This document shows positions 22,222 to 33,000 of a DNA stretch of 33,000 nucleotides, one piece after another. The stretch is from Botryllus schlosseri. Its lineage: Eukaryota. The notes under the pieces were generated by a model that ran no database searches, was not told the DNA's origin, and saw nothing but the letters and a program-made list of their open reading frames with translations. Positions within the stretch are counted from its first letter, which is position 1, and every line of letters starts with the position of its first letter. The position numbers were made by a program, and so were the translations under genes. The stretch spans positions 4,247,001 to 4,280,000 of the forward strand of contig CM119376.1 in NCBI GenBank assembly GCA_051294905.1, given 5' to 3'.

Positions 22222-22712
22222 CTCCATGAGGTTACCATATTTTCAGATCCGAGAAAGAGGACACTTTCGACAAGGAACATTAACCGACATTAAATCGCGA
22301 TACCTCTAAGAAAATTGGTGATCGCTCGTATAGGTTGAATAAAAAAGGTCATTTTTCCGAGTCGATATAGGTCGACTTTTATTTAGTCTACATTCACATC
22401 AATTGCATTACAATCCATATTTCACGTGCAGGCTTGTGCGATGCGACCTTCAAAGGACGAGCAATGGCGAAAAAGAGGACAAATCCTCTTAGGACATATT
22501 TCTCAGCAATTATCATTGATCTTGCGGTATAAAGTGCTTGCGCCAGAATTGGTGCGTTTGTGTATGCTTTCGGTATGCTGGTATCATTGTAGAATGTGCC
22601 TTCCGGCCACATAAACAGTTCAATTCGATTTGGAAAAAAGTCTTACCATATTCAATATTTTTGCCCCCCACTGTGATTTATGAACGTCTCATGAATCCCG
22701 ACCCTCAAGCAA

Positions 22713-23070
22713 TCATATTAAGGTTTCTTTGTGGAGCCTCGTGACTTCAACTACGGAACAGTCGCTGTACGTTGAGTAGACTATTTCGACCATTCCATTT
22801 TCGCGAACTTCCACTTTCCTGGATTTCGGATGTCTTTTGGCTTCCGCAAACTTGGTACTTCTGGGTAGTGTTTTTCGCCGTGAATTCACCAAGGGCCCCC
22901 TTTCCACTAATTGCTTCGGGATTAGTGGCAAGTCTTTTTGTCTTGTCAAAAAACTCCGCTGGAGGTCGGCAAATCTAAATTCCTTATTGGCTCTGATATT
23001 TCTTCTGCGTGTCATATACAACCGAAAGTATTCCTTTATTGGTCTGTCAAGAAATGTCGTTTGATAACAC
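22713..23070 (-). CDS. Type I membrane protein, distal terminal exon (cytoplasmic tail)
   Basis: ataccag|G-CYQTTFLDRPIKEYFRLYMTRRRNIRANKEFRF...VVEVTRLHKETLI*. Phase 2 matches the TM exon donor; 119 codons; basic; ends in ETLI. Confidence 0.65.
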
Positions 23071-25408
23071 CTGGTATATATAGAATATATATTACCGATA
23101 TATATATATTTGTTATTTATTATACACCCACGGCCCTGCAGTCTCCTGTTGGTGCTATTTTGTACTATAACATCGTCTTTCGCCTATGTGCAACACGTAG
23201 ATTTCTGTGTACAGTAGCCTATATTTGTAACAATCAGAACAAAGCTGGAAGGGCCGAACGTGCAATCAGCAGCCAGTCGCATTGAGGGATATATGGGGAA
23301 CGCGCGGGCTGCAATGGGGAAAACTTGGATATAACCAAAATAACGTAATGTTGCTCTCCTACTGTTAACATATTTTGAGATCCGGTAAAAAGGACACTTT
23401 CCACAAATCGCAAAGTTTATAAAATTGGATGAGAATACGGGTAATTTGAAAATTTTGAATGGAAATACCACGCTTGTGTTGACTAAAATAAACTATATGC
23501 TCTCCACAACGATCAGAAGTTTTTTATGTGCCGTATCTTGATAGTATCTGCTTATGTGATACTGTAATTCCGATTTTCCTCTAGTAAAGGAAATGTAGCC
23601 TCTGGTCCTAGGTATTATATAGATGGACTTGGATTGTCCATGAACTCCGTCGAATTTTATTTTAATTTTTGGCCAGTGATGGATTCACACTTTTTCTGAT
23701 AAAGCTGGATTCGGAGCTATATTCCATTTAAAAAATAACGAGATCGGAGTCGGACTAGGGAATTGGTTGACCTGCCCCAGATATACACCAGTGGCCCTCC
23801 AGCTTGATTGCGTAACACGGAGTCTCAGAAAGACGCAATTGGTTCGTTTCCACATATTATAATCCTCTGAATTCCATAGCCCCATACTTCTATGCAAGAC
23901 TCCCCCTCAACTAAGGAGTTTGGATGGGAACGTTACAGCCATGCATGTTGAAACACCATGAATTTAAAATAATAACAACAGCGGACGTCTACAGTCTACT
24001 CTTCTAGTGGTTTAGATTCAGTAAAATACTGTATCCTCAATCTATACAGTCTACACACACTAGTGGTTCTAAACCTTTTGCCTTCAGCGTCCATATCCAC
24101 CAATTTTCATGATCTGGCATGCCACGGTCCGTACTTTAACGGCTGTACTATAAAGTATAGATCGGGTAGAGGTCGAAGTCCTGTCGGGCTTTTCGATTTT
24201 ACTTCAACAATCAACATGAATGTCAACAACTTATATTATAACGCGTGGATATGTGATTTGTGCGTCACATCACTAAACTGAATCATTTTTAATGGTACGA
24301 TGAAGAGATAACCAAAAATTTCATTTCGTAACCCTAAATTACAGCGACGTTTCGGGCAGAAAGCTTCTAGTGTACCAGAACTCTTAAACTTAATATTGGT
24401 ATAGAGACATTTCCGAGATTCGGTACCCGTGTGTAGAAATATCGCAATAGTTTTAAGTATTTTGTTGCGAAAACCCCTATCTAATGTCTTTAAAGTGTGG
24501 TGTTTAGTGGGATGTTACCTAAAAGTACGCTCACGAACCACGTAACCCACATTTACAATCAATATAATGACCATTGCTTTCATGGAAACATATTACCCAT
24601 CGTCGATACATTTCGCGCGTACAGCGACGAAATTTTGGGATTTGAACATTTTTGTCAAATGTAAATTCCTAATGAGAACGAGATCATAATCCTGATACGC
24701 CATTTTATCCCCCCGCGTTATCCCAGCGTCCGCCATATCACATTCATTCATTTCCACACATTCAAAATCAATATCGCACCCTGGAGGGGCGTAGCGACAA
24801 GGTAAGGACCACTGGCCTACTGGTAACGCAAATACAAAACTAAACCATCAGCGTAACAGACTTTTATTTCAGTCAACAGTCTAGGGAACAATGGTTTCTA
24901 CATTGCTAAGAAGCACAGAAATTCGCGATTGCTGTCGACAAAGAGAAGAACGGTATTTGAACTATGCGATTGTGAAAATATGCTTCACTTCTAATTTCCG
25001 AGTCCTATAGCTCATTCTGATATTGCGATCTCGACAAGAAAATGTTCGTTGCATGCAAACTGATTTCGTGCGTACTTGGGCACATAAAAGTCTTCACGCT
25101 TTTCACGTTTTAAATCAAAAATAATCATCGCGATGTTGATACCACGTCTCATCATCATTGCAGACAATCAACAGTCTGGAACCGAAGTAGCGGGTGATCA
25201 TAATGTTGAATTTAGCCAAGTTCGGCTTGGACGCAGGCCCACTGGGTATATCAGGCACTGTGACACTTGTCCATACTATTACATTGAGATCGTTCGGCTA
25301 TCATGCACGCCTGGTCCCCTTTAGTTCCACTCTGTTAATGCGAGCTGACACGTAGGCATAGATATATGCTAACGTTTCATGTATTATGGAGAAAGGCACA
25401 TCGTATCA

Positions 25409-25538
25409 TTAAGGTTGTATGGTGGTTTTTGAAGTTGATTCGACGATTGCAAAAGATCCGTTCGTAGACGATTTGTTTTGCTTCATGGACGCTCGCAACC
25501 GGAAATACGCTTCAATGCTTTCCAGTCTCTGTTTACGA
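25409..25538 (-). CDS. Type I membrane protein, proximal alternative terminal exon
   Basis: cctttgcag|T-RKQRLESIEAYFRLRASMKQNKSSTNGSFAIVESTSKTTIQP*. Phase 2, strong acceptor, shares IxxYFRL with the distal exon. Confidence 0.55.
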
Positions 25539-25755
25539 CTGCAAAGGTATTATTACTCAATCTATTGTAGTCTATTGTAAACGTCATCTCGTGGTAGTAA
25601 CCATAATCATGTGGTGTAGCACCATCATGTCCCAGTATTCTAAACAGGTTGCCCGGTGCCTTTGCTATGCCACTGGAGTATAATCAGTCACCCCAAGTCA
25701 GTTTTGTTAAAACATGTCACATTAGGTTCTCGGAAATGTGATACAGCCTTCCAAT

Positions 25756-26212
25756 CACACTTGGTCAACCTCAAATTTTTCAGCTTTTCAAAATTACATC
25801 AGAATTAGAATTATATCTACACCGGTTTTTTCAAATTAGATTAGAATAATTAATAGCAATACATTTTTTCAAAATAGATTAGGATTAGAATAACTGAATT
25901 CGCGACAACTTGGAAATTGAATCATCTATAACAGTTCATATCATATCAGAGATCATTCTCGTATGCATGAGAATGACAAATGTCTCTTTAGCACCTTTGG
26001 CCCATTTCGTACCATACAGTTCTGCTGTAGCATTTTCAGGAGAACGCGAAATCGGATTAGCATTTAAATGATAGCATAGAAGCATTTCACAAATTGGATG
26101 AGGATTAAAATTTGAGCCAAGAAGCGTTTCACACATCAGATTATAGCACCGAGATTTCGCTCTTATTCTTCAAATTAGACAATAACTAGAATTATTTTGC
26201 TGTCCAAACCCG
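25756..26212. mobile_element. Degenerate MITE, CAGACTTGG family
   Basis: Ends CACACTTGGTCAA / TGTCCAAACCCG; ATTAG-rich interior similar to 27078-27437. Confidence 0.6.
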
Positions 26213-26707
26213 ATGCCGTATTAGTAAACACGAATCATCTCAAATAGGCTTGGTTAAAACCTGACATATTAGGCCCGAGAAATGTGATAGGGCCTCCCAA
26301 TTTGTATTCAATGTTGAACACGAACGATATATATTTCCCAGTGAAGTTTGTTGACTTGATGTTTGCTGTTTTACACGAGGGGATTGAGACAATAGGCCAA
26401 GCGCTTGCTGCAATCAATTTCAACTGCAGTGACAACACTAGCTACTGAAATAATTGTGACGAGCGCAGACTCGATAGGTAATGCTGTCAGCATTTGACTC
26501 GGCTTTTAATCAAGTGCTGCCAATGACTTTATGCCGGGCAATCGCGAATGCAAGTTTTTTTCTATTTTCTCAATCACATGACATCGCATCGCATCTAAAT
26601 CCTACTACAGCCATCTACAGTAATCTACAATTCATGACTACCCCTAGCACAGTATTGGACGGGACATAAAGCTATGACAAGCAACGGCATTCGTCATTGA
26701 AGATTAC

Positions 26708-26941
26708 CTGCGCGATTCCACAATCACAACCAACACAAGGAGTAGAAGAAGACAACCGCATATTATCGGAATGGCAACTGTGTTCGCTGCAATCTTCTCT
26801 GGTACCATTCTTTCTCCGTCGATTTGCGAAACTCGGAATGTAAACCTGGGCGTGTAATGAATCGTGGACCCTGCCGCAATCAAGTCGTTCTGTAGTTGCT
26901 TGCGATTCCTCTTTATAATCTCTGTAAAAGATTTTCGAATT
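26708..26941 (-). CDS. Type I membrane protein, transmembrane exon
   Basis: gtaacag|A-IRKSFTEIIKRNRKQLQNDLIAAGSTIHYTPRFTFRVSQIDGERMVPEKIAANTVAIPIICGCLLLLLVLVVIVESR-AG|gtaatc. 234 nt, phase 2-2, TM helix of more than 20 aa. Confidence 0.8.
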
Positions 26942-27077
26942 CTGTTACAGGTAGAACATCGACAATGGGTTTCACTTTATGTAAGTTTAAACATGACGAT
27001 ACCAACGCTTTTATGATGTCACTATGAAGCCGTCGCTGTATGTATTGCATATCTATTTGCCATCCTCTATGATCAAG

Positions 27078-27437
27078 CAGGCTCGCACCACTAGAAGGTT
27101 TTCGGCTTTTCCAAATAAGATTAGAATTTATAGCTTCACAGAATTTTCTAAATTTTAAAATAATTAGAATTACTGAATTGGCAAAAACTTATGCATTGAA
27201 TAATGTTCAGTTCATATCAAATCAAATCACAGTTTTCTCATAAGCATGAGAACGGCAAATGTCTGTACTGCAAGCTTCTCTAGTTTCGCACCAGCATTTT
27301 CAGGAAAACCAGAAATTACATAACAATTAAAATTAGATCATAGTAACATTTCACAAATTAGCTTACAATTACATTGCCGACATTCCGATTCACTTCGTCT
27401 AATTAGAGTAATAGAATTATCTAGTTGGCCAAGTCTG
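27078..27437. mobile_element. MITE, CAGACTTGG family (intronic)
   Basis: Right end TTGGCCAAGTCTG; the left end is degenerate and approximate. Confidence 0.6.
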
Positions 27438-27511
27438 AATGTAACCGATAGGCTCGTTCCTATCAAATCGGACAGGAACCTTTGAAAATTCTTTTTCGAA
27501 GAAAGACACAC

Positions 27512-27665
27512 GCGGAGTTCAAAACTTCATCATCCGGCAGCTTGATAACGACCGTCAATACGGAGCTTTTAGCGCCCCCTGGCACTGGCTTGTTGCTAAC
27601 GAGGATGACGTTTGATGACGTGATAGACCTGGAAGGGGATTGAGATTTAAAAAGCAGCATTATGT
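27512..27665 (-). CDS. Type I membrane protein, extracellular exon (SEA-like by eye)
   Basis: cacag|IMLLFKSQSPSRSITSSNVILVSNKPVPGGAKSSVLTVVIKLPDDEVLNS-GC|gtgtgt. The phase 2 donor joins as EVLNSAIRKSF. An alternative acceptor lies at 27628. Confidence 0.6.
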
Positions 27666-27804
27666 CTGTGATCAACTGATCATGCACGATTAACCGGATT
27701 GCATTTGTTGCCCGATGTGCTGCGGACTGCTGGTCAGTAAATGATCATAGTAGGATGATACATCGATCGCAGCGAAAGGATATTCCCACATTTGCCTCAC
27801 TTAC

Positions 27805-27852
27805 TGTTAGCTAACAATCCGGCAATCCCAGCGCGGTTATACAATGCAGCGA
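27805..27852 (-). CDS. Candidate small upstream exon of the membrane protein
   Basis: cgctaag|..AALYNRAGIAGLLAN-A|gtaagt. 48 nt, phase 1-1; strong donor whose phase fits the 27665 acceptor. Confidence 0.35.
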
Positions 27853-27969
27853 CTTAGCGAAACGACAGTGAAGTATGAATCGTGCAGTTGCGACGGCCAG
27901 CATGTAGTGTAATGCAACATGTATGCATTCGTATACTGATATATCTCTTACGTATTTCCGCCCATATCT

Positions 27970-28620
27970 ACACCCAGGATGAAAACAGCACCCCGTCAGC
28001 CTCCTCCCAAAAACGTTGGTCTTCGGCCCCCCATATGGTGATAAAACAAACTACTCCAGACCCCCCATCAGGCTCTACGTTTTTGCCCCTACTTATCAGC
28101 GATAGCTGTTGTACTGTTTCGTGAGCCAGGACATATCGCCTGAGCGCGCGAAGCGTGAAAAATGTATATAATTCATGATTTAATCAGTCAATACGATCGG
28201 GAACTGCATATATATTGCTATCAATTTTTTATCCTCTCTCTGCTCACGTAATCAGATTTACCGGTAGAGCTGAGTGAGTTGTCTTAAAAAATGTATGGCC
28301 CTGGCCCGTCAATAATAATTTAAACAGCTTCGGGTGGGCCTGTTGGTATGATGACTTCGTTACATGATGTTATTTCCTGACCTCTTTGTCTGCTATGTCA
28401 AAAGATATCGAAATCGCACAAAAGTACTACTAAAAGACGCACACGATTTCAAATTGGTATTTCTTCACTGGTAAATACTTTTTCCCTGCTGATGGATGGC
28501 ATTTGTCTTGTGGGGTTCAGATTGCCAGCACAGTAACATTCGGACCCAGTCATTTAGCGCTTATGGACAATTAATCATATATGTAGGCCTGTAGTATATA
28601 TATCGACGTTTTCGGTCAGC
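27970..28620. repeat. Interspersed repeat, inverted copy of about 20893-21520
   Basis: Reverse complement is colinear with 20893-21520. Confidence 0.8.
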
Positions 28621-28859
28621 GTAAGGTCATTCTTTTTCAGCTAAGGTTTTCTCGCTGCCGATCGTTCTGGCACACTTCTCGAAGCCGCATGTTACATCGC
28701 CTAAGACTTCATATGTATTGGTGCGTCGTGGCGTGGTGATGGCCGACGCCGAAATGCCTATTTCTATAAATCATGCGATAATAAAGAAACTAGGCAACAT
28801 TAAATTTTGAAAAAGTTGCAAAGTCATGTTAATTGACTATAGTATTTATTCAGTAGAAA

Positions 28860-28937
28860 TTGCCTGTATTTCGACTTGATTGTGGAAATATTCGACGATT
28901 GCCTGTATTTCGACTTGATTGTGGAAATATTCGACGA
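28860..28937. repeat. Perfect tandem duplication, 2 x 39 bp
   Basis: ttgcctgtatttcgacttgattgtggaaatattcgacga occurs twice. Confidence 0.95.
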
Positions 28938-29789
28938 CTGTCGGATAGTCGGCGAGATGCTATACCACAATTCAGGTTCGCCATATTTGATAGAGCGATG
29001 AACTTTTACGGCAGCGACCCAAAATTTCGATTTGAAAATGATCCGCGACCCCCCTCTCCATTTAACGTGCTTAAAACTAAAAACTGGTCAGCGCTTTCGC
29101 TCAAACCTATACTCTCGGCATATAGTGAAAGTTGGCGACTATATGGAGCAGTAATAGCAATTTGGCAATTATGAACTCGCCCATCTCCGTCCATAGATTA
29201 GGAAACTTATTCAAGACATATAGCAACGTATTTAGGTCGTTTGCAACGATTTCAATCTAACCGAAGTAGTAAACTATTGCTACGTGGAATTCTACTTCAG
29301 GACAAATGCTGATAACGATCTATAATACCTTATTCGACCGCGCAGTGCGCGTGTGTACGTGTATGTATATTTGTTAACACATAGCACTTGGAATTTACCC
29401 AGAAAAATTAGCGTCATATTGGGTTCTGTGCTCCCGACACATTAATCTTCATACTAATAGCCAGACACCAACCTTACGTTATATACTAAGTGGCGCTTTA
29501 AAATGACGATTCGACTGATCTGATACCTTCTTTATTGCCGGTTCGTATTCTCCAGAGGTCGTTTTTCTTTCTATTTTGAAAAATGAACTTGAATATTCAG
29601 AAATGAGCCGCCGATAGCATCCTCCTGATTGATATTCTGGTAATGGTGATTGGTATTTAATTTTCGTCTCCGTGACCCCAGAGGATAGGCAAACGACCCC
29701 GTTGGAGTCGCGACCCCTAGTTTGGTAACCCATATTTTAGATCGACCCTATGATAGTTGGACGACGACGAAGGTCAATTTCACATTTGT

Positions 29790-30125
29790 GGCTTTGACTC
29801 GAGTCAAGTCGAGTCATTTTCAACCCGCCACCGCGTCAAGTCCGAGTCAAATTCATGGAGCGAAGGGTCAAGTCGGAGTCATAGTGTTGAGAGTCCACGT
29901 CACAGTGTCCACTGTTATAATCGGGTTTCAAGTCCGCTTCAAGTCACTTTTGTAAAACGTTTGTTGGTATCGACGGGCACCCAATCCATAATATACTTAT
30001 TTTTCTTACTTTTAAGATGTCCATTCAACCAGATAAACGGCAGTTTCTGGGCCAATTTTTCAAGTAATGGTCCTGATACACGAGACCTGAATCAAGTCAT
30101 ATGCCTTGTTCGAGTCATGCGGCTC
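29790..30125. mobile_element. Degenerate GAGTCAAGTC-rich hAT MITE relative
   Basis: Repeated GACTCGAGTCAAGTC/GAGTCA units, complementary to those in 7459-8365. Confidence 0.5.
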
Positions 30126-30667
30126 TGATTGACTTCTATATATGCCACAAAATATGATAGTTGTTTGTTTCTATGAATAGCTATAGCCAATTTCGGTGTA
30201 CGAATGCTGAAATGAGGGATATTAGTTATGTCTAAAGCCGTCCAAGCCCGCTTCTGAAAACCGGGAAAGAGAATTCTTGCAGACTAGCGTAAAACGCATG
30301 GATGAATACCCGTCAGACAAGAATGTATCAGGAGTTCTGCTGGTCACAGGTCTTTATGTATCGTATCTGTGAAGAGTAAATTTCGACACAACTTCAACAA
30401 CATCAAAATAACAGCTCATAGTTAAGTATAAACGGCAATATTAAATCCAATATTACTCAGAGTATAATCCCCCGCAAACTTGCGCCTTAAATGCCGGAAT
30501 GTATGAAGACTGAAGAGCTATCACATAACGACATGATATGCATTTTCCGCTTATTTCAATGATAGCACTCGCCAATCTACTCTATCAATGCTAAAATACC
30601 CGATATATAATCTATAGAAGTCTATATGTAATTATGCATGCTTTTAAATTATCTGCATGGTGAGATC

Positions 30668-30995
30668 CAGGGGTAGGCTACTAGGCTAGCTACCATTAAA
30701 TTTTCGTTAGCCTACTCGAGTGTTTTCATGCGGCTCCACAGCAATGTTCCCTCTAATTTTTGACGAGTCTGCGCACGATCACCAACTTACTGCGCAAACC
30801 CTTGGACAACAGTGCGTAACGACTAAAAAAAAGGTCATCACTTCAGATTTTTTGTGCGCAACGGAGATTTTCTGTGCGCAGAGACCGTTTCAGCACTGCG
30901 CATTTGCGCACGTGCGCAGCTTGGAGGGAACATTGCTCCACAGGTACTCTGAACTTTAAATGCGGCTCCGACATCAATAAAGGTTGTAACCACTG
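30668..30995. mobile_element. Degenerate hAT MITE hosting a nested MITE
   Basis: Ends CAGGGGTAGGC / GGTTGTAACCACTG; subterminal TGCGGCTCC repeats. Confidence 0.55.
30742..30935. mobile_element. Nested hAT MITE, 194 bp
   Basis: TIRs CAATGTTCCCTCTAA / TTGGAGGGAACATTG (14/15); perfect TSD CTCCACAG; TGCGCA repeats. Confidence 0.92.
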
Positions 30996-32376
30996 CTATA
31001 GTCCCCGGGATATCTAGATACCCCTGTATAGCCCATGTCGCCAACTCCATGGGAATTAAAGAAGACCATGAGATATTTACATGCATTTCCGAGCACCCTA
31101 ATCGTGATGATACTATCAGCAAACCACTTGATCGGGGAAACTTACCGTGATGCTGAACTTGACAATAGCTCAATATATGTCGTTACATATATTTCGTAAG
31201 GGAATGGACGATATGCAATATGCATTTTTGTAGTCTCTCAGCATCGCGCGAATCCGGAACCTCTAACACGGACGCGCTAACGCTTTGTACCGCAACCGTC
31301 ACGTAATTGGCGTATCGAGTGTTGTCGGCGTGTTAGACGTATAACCAGGGATATCTAGAACTCCCTCGACGTAAGGTATCATTAATGAATTCTATTTCTA
31401 GATATGTTACTCCGTGACACATTTCCTGAAATTCAATTACTTGCGAATTATGAGCGTTGAATTTTACATTACGTCGATCGGTATACATCAATTATGGGCA
31501 ACGTTACCCTTCAATTTCAATTTGAATAATTGATATTTAAATTTCATTTCTAGTTTGATTTGTGTGTGCCATGTGAAAGCAGATGAACGAGTGCACACTG
31601 CACATATAAAGTCTTACCGCATTGAAAGCATTGAGCGCATCCATAGAGCTCTGGATAATGTGCTCATCAATGCAAACAGACTGTTTCGATTCATTTATAA
31701 ACTTGTACAATTCGAAGCGTAATGGTTTGTGACTGAACCCGTTTTAATCGCCGATGCATGTACGATTGAGCAATGTACATGTATAATGAACCCATAAGCA
31801 TCACGACATTCTTCCGTGCATATAACACGATTTCAAAATATACGCTGCGATAACCAACTGAGTGACATATGGAAGTTGCTGATTACAATTTATTCGGTGG
31901 GCTCTTCGACATATCTCTCGAACGGGACATCGCTAGTGGGCTATACTTTGCCACTATCAATGAAACACATGAACGTTAGACTTAGTGGGATTCTATAGCT
32001 TCCACATCTATAGGGTTACGTAAATTTTCGTAGCTATTTCGTCTTCGTGGTAGGCATTAGAATTGGGGATTAAAATATCACAATGATTCCTCTTCAAGGG
32101 AACTGCATATATACTCATCAGATTCAGACATTTCAATTGATATCAAGGATTAATTTGAGTCGTATCGATTAATTAGTGCGAGAAGATCGCGTTGTTCATT
32201 GATATAGAATTTACATTTTACTCTTAGGTAGGATTACTATTTTTATGCCTCACAACCGCAGACTAGTACCCAGTACGGTCATCATCAGTAGAACTATTTC
32301 CTCACTACTGTAGATAAGGGGTGTCAAACTCGACATCGGTCAAGGGCCAGTCAAATGTGATTCCGAACATGTTACC

Positions 32377-32767
32377 TAGGGTTACCATACGTCCTCTTTT
32401 AAGAGGATTTGTCCTCTTTTTTGACTTTTTTGAAAGTATCCTCGGAGGACGGCCTTTTGTCCTCTTTTTTGAGATTTTGCCCTCTTTTTTGAAAATTTAG
32501 GCCAGAATGAGAGCAAATTGTGAGTGACATGCCGTAAATTAGCACAGAAGTGACGCTCCGGTGGTTTTTTTTTAGTCATCCACCTAGCAATGTGGAGAGA
32601 AAAACAGTATTTTGAGCTCTGAGCGGAAAGATGACCTTTTTTTTTTAGTCAACCGATCACAAAGTGGGAAAAATTCACTGGGTTTTGAGAATTCTTCTCC
32701 GGTTTTGCAAGTCTCAAATTTCTGAAAAAGTGTCCTCTTTTTAGATTTCCAAAATATGGTAAGCCTA
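32377..32767. mobile_element. hAT-type MITE, 391 bp, intact
   Basis: TIRs TAGGGTTACCATA / TATGGTAAGCCTA; perfect TSD ATGTTACC; sister of 6285-6666. Confidence 0.92.
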
Positions 32768-33000
32768 ATGTTACCTCCAAATCCATACTTTAGTTTTTGA
32801 CATGAGTACGTAAAGCCCATATACAGAATGGCATACTGCATTATATCACGGATCCCATGTGATCAATTCTACCAACATCTTTATTTACAAACAACGCAAT
32901 TGACACAATGCGATGATTATGCCGTGTTACATACAGCAACCGTATTCAGCCATGCGCTATAGATGTAATGCCAAAATTCATTTATAATTTATACTGTAGA

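Noticed and set aside
25120-25305. Minus-strand frame containing RLLIVCNDDETW (mariner-like DETW or TIR-like)
   Set aside because: A single short motif with no other catalytic motifs; the phase does not fit the host gene.
26235-26438. 67-aa ORF inside the membrane-protein intron
   Set aside because: No phase-2 acceptor and no recognisable motif.
15889-26941. Idea that the TM exon is the anchor of the protease (one type II gene)
   Set aside because: Basic residues follow the TM (C-terminus inside), both downstream exons end in stops without a credible donor, and the protease has its own first exon.
28640-28765. Possible exon GISASAITTPRRTNTYEVLGDVTCGFEKC
   Set aside because: It runs into a stop at a repeat boundary with no convincing donor.
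28860-29733. ORFs 28860-29174, 29006-29194 and 29479-29733
   Set aside because: Partly explained by a 39-bp duplication and GGGGTCGCG-type MITE ends; no coherent splice structure.
30838-31173. 111-aa ORF
   Set aside because: Non-ATG start, and about half of it reads through nested MITEs.

Overview
AT-rich, repeat-dense eukaryotic (metazoan) genomic DNA. A tunicate or other marine invertebrate is plausible from the short introns and MITE families, but this cannot be proven from the sequence. Most ORF-track entries are spurious; the real genes are spliced and lie on the minus strand. (1) A complete 7-exon S1A (chymotrypsin-fold) serine protease of about 389 aa at 19317->10872. It has an intact His/Asp/Ser triad and five canonical disulfides, but no IVGG activation motif, Asp194->Phe (GFSGAP) and a Cys-rich C-terminal tail. 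(2) The 3' part of a type I membrane protein at about 27852->22713, with an SEA-like juxtamembrane region, one TM helix and apparently two alternative terminal exons that both contain YFRL. (3) A low-confidence fragment of a multi-pass (TLC-domain-like) membrane protein near 9.2-9.9 kb. The rest is largely non-autonomous hAT-type elements (many with 8-bp TSDs, several nested), two 3' fragments of an RNase H-bearing I-group LINE, another LINE 3' end, a tRNA-derived SINE, and large foldback structures. No prokaryotic genes, rRNA, intact tRNA, CRISPR array or intact transposase were found.
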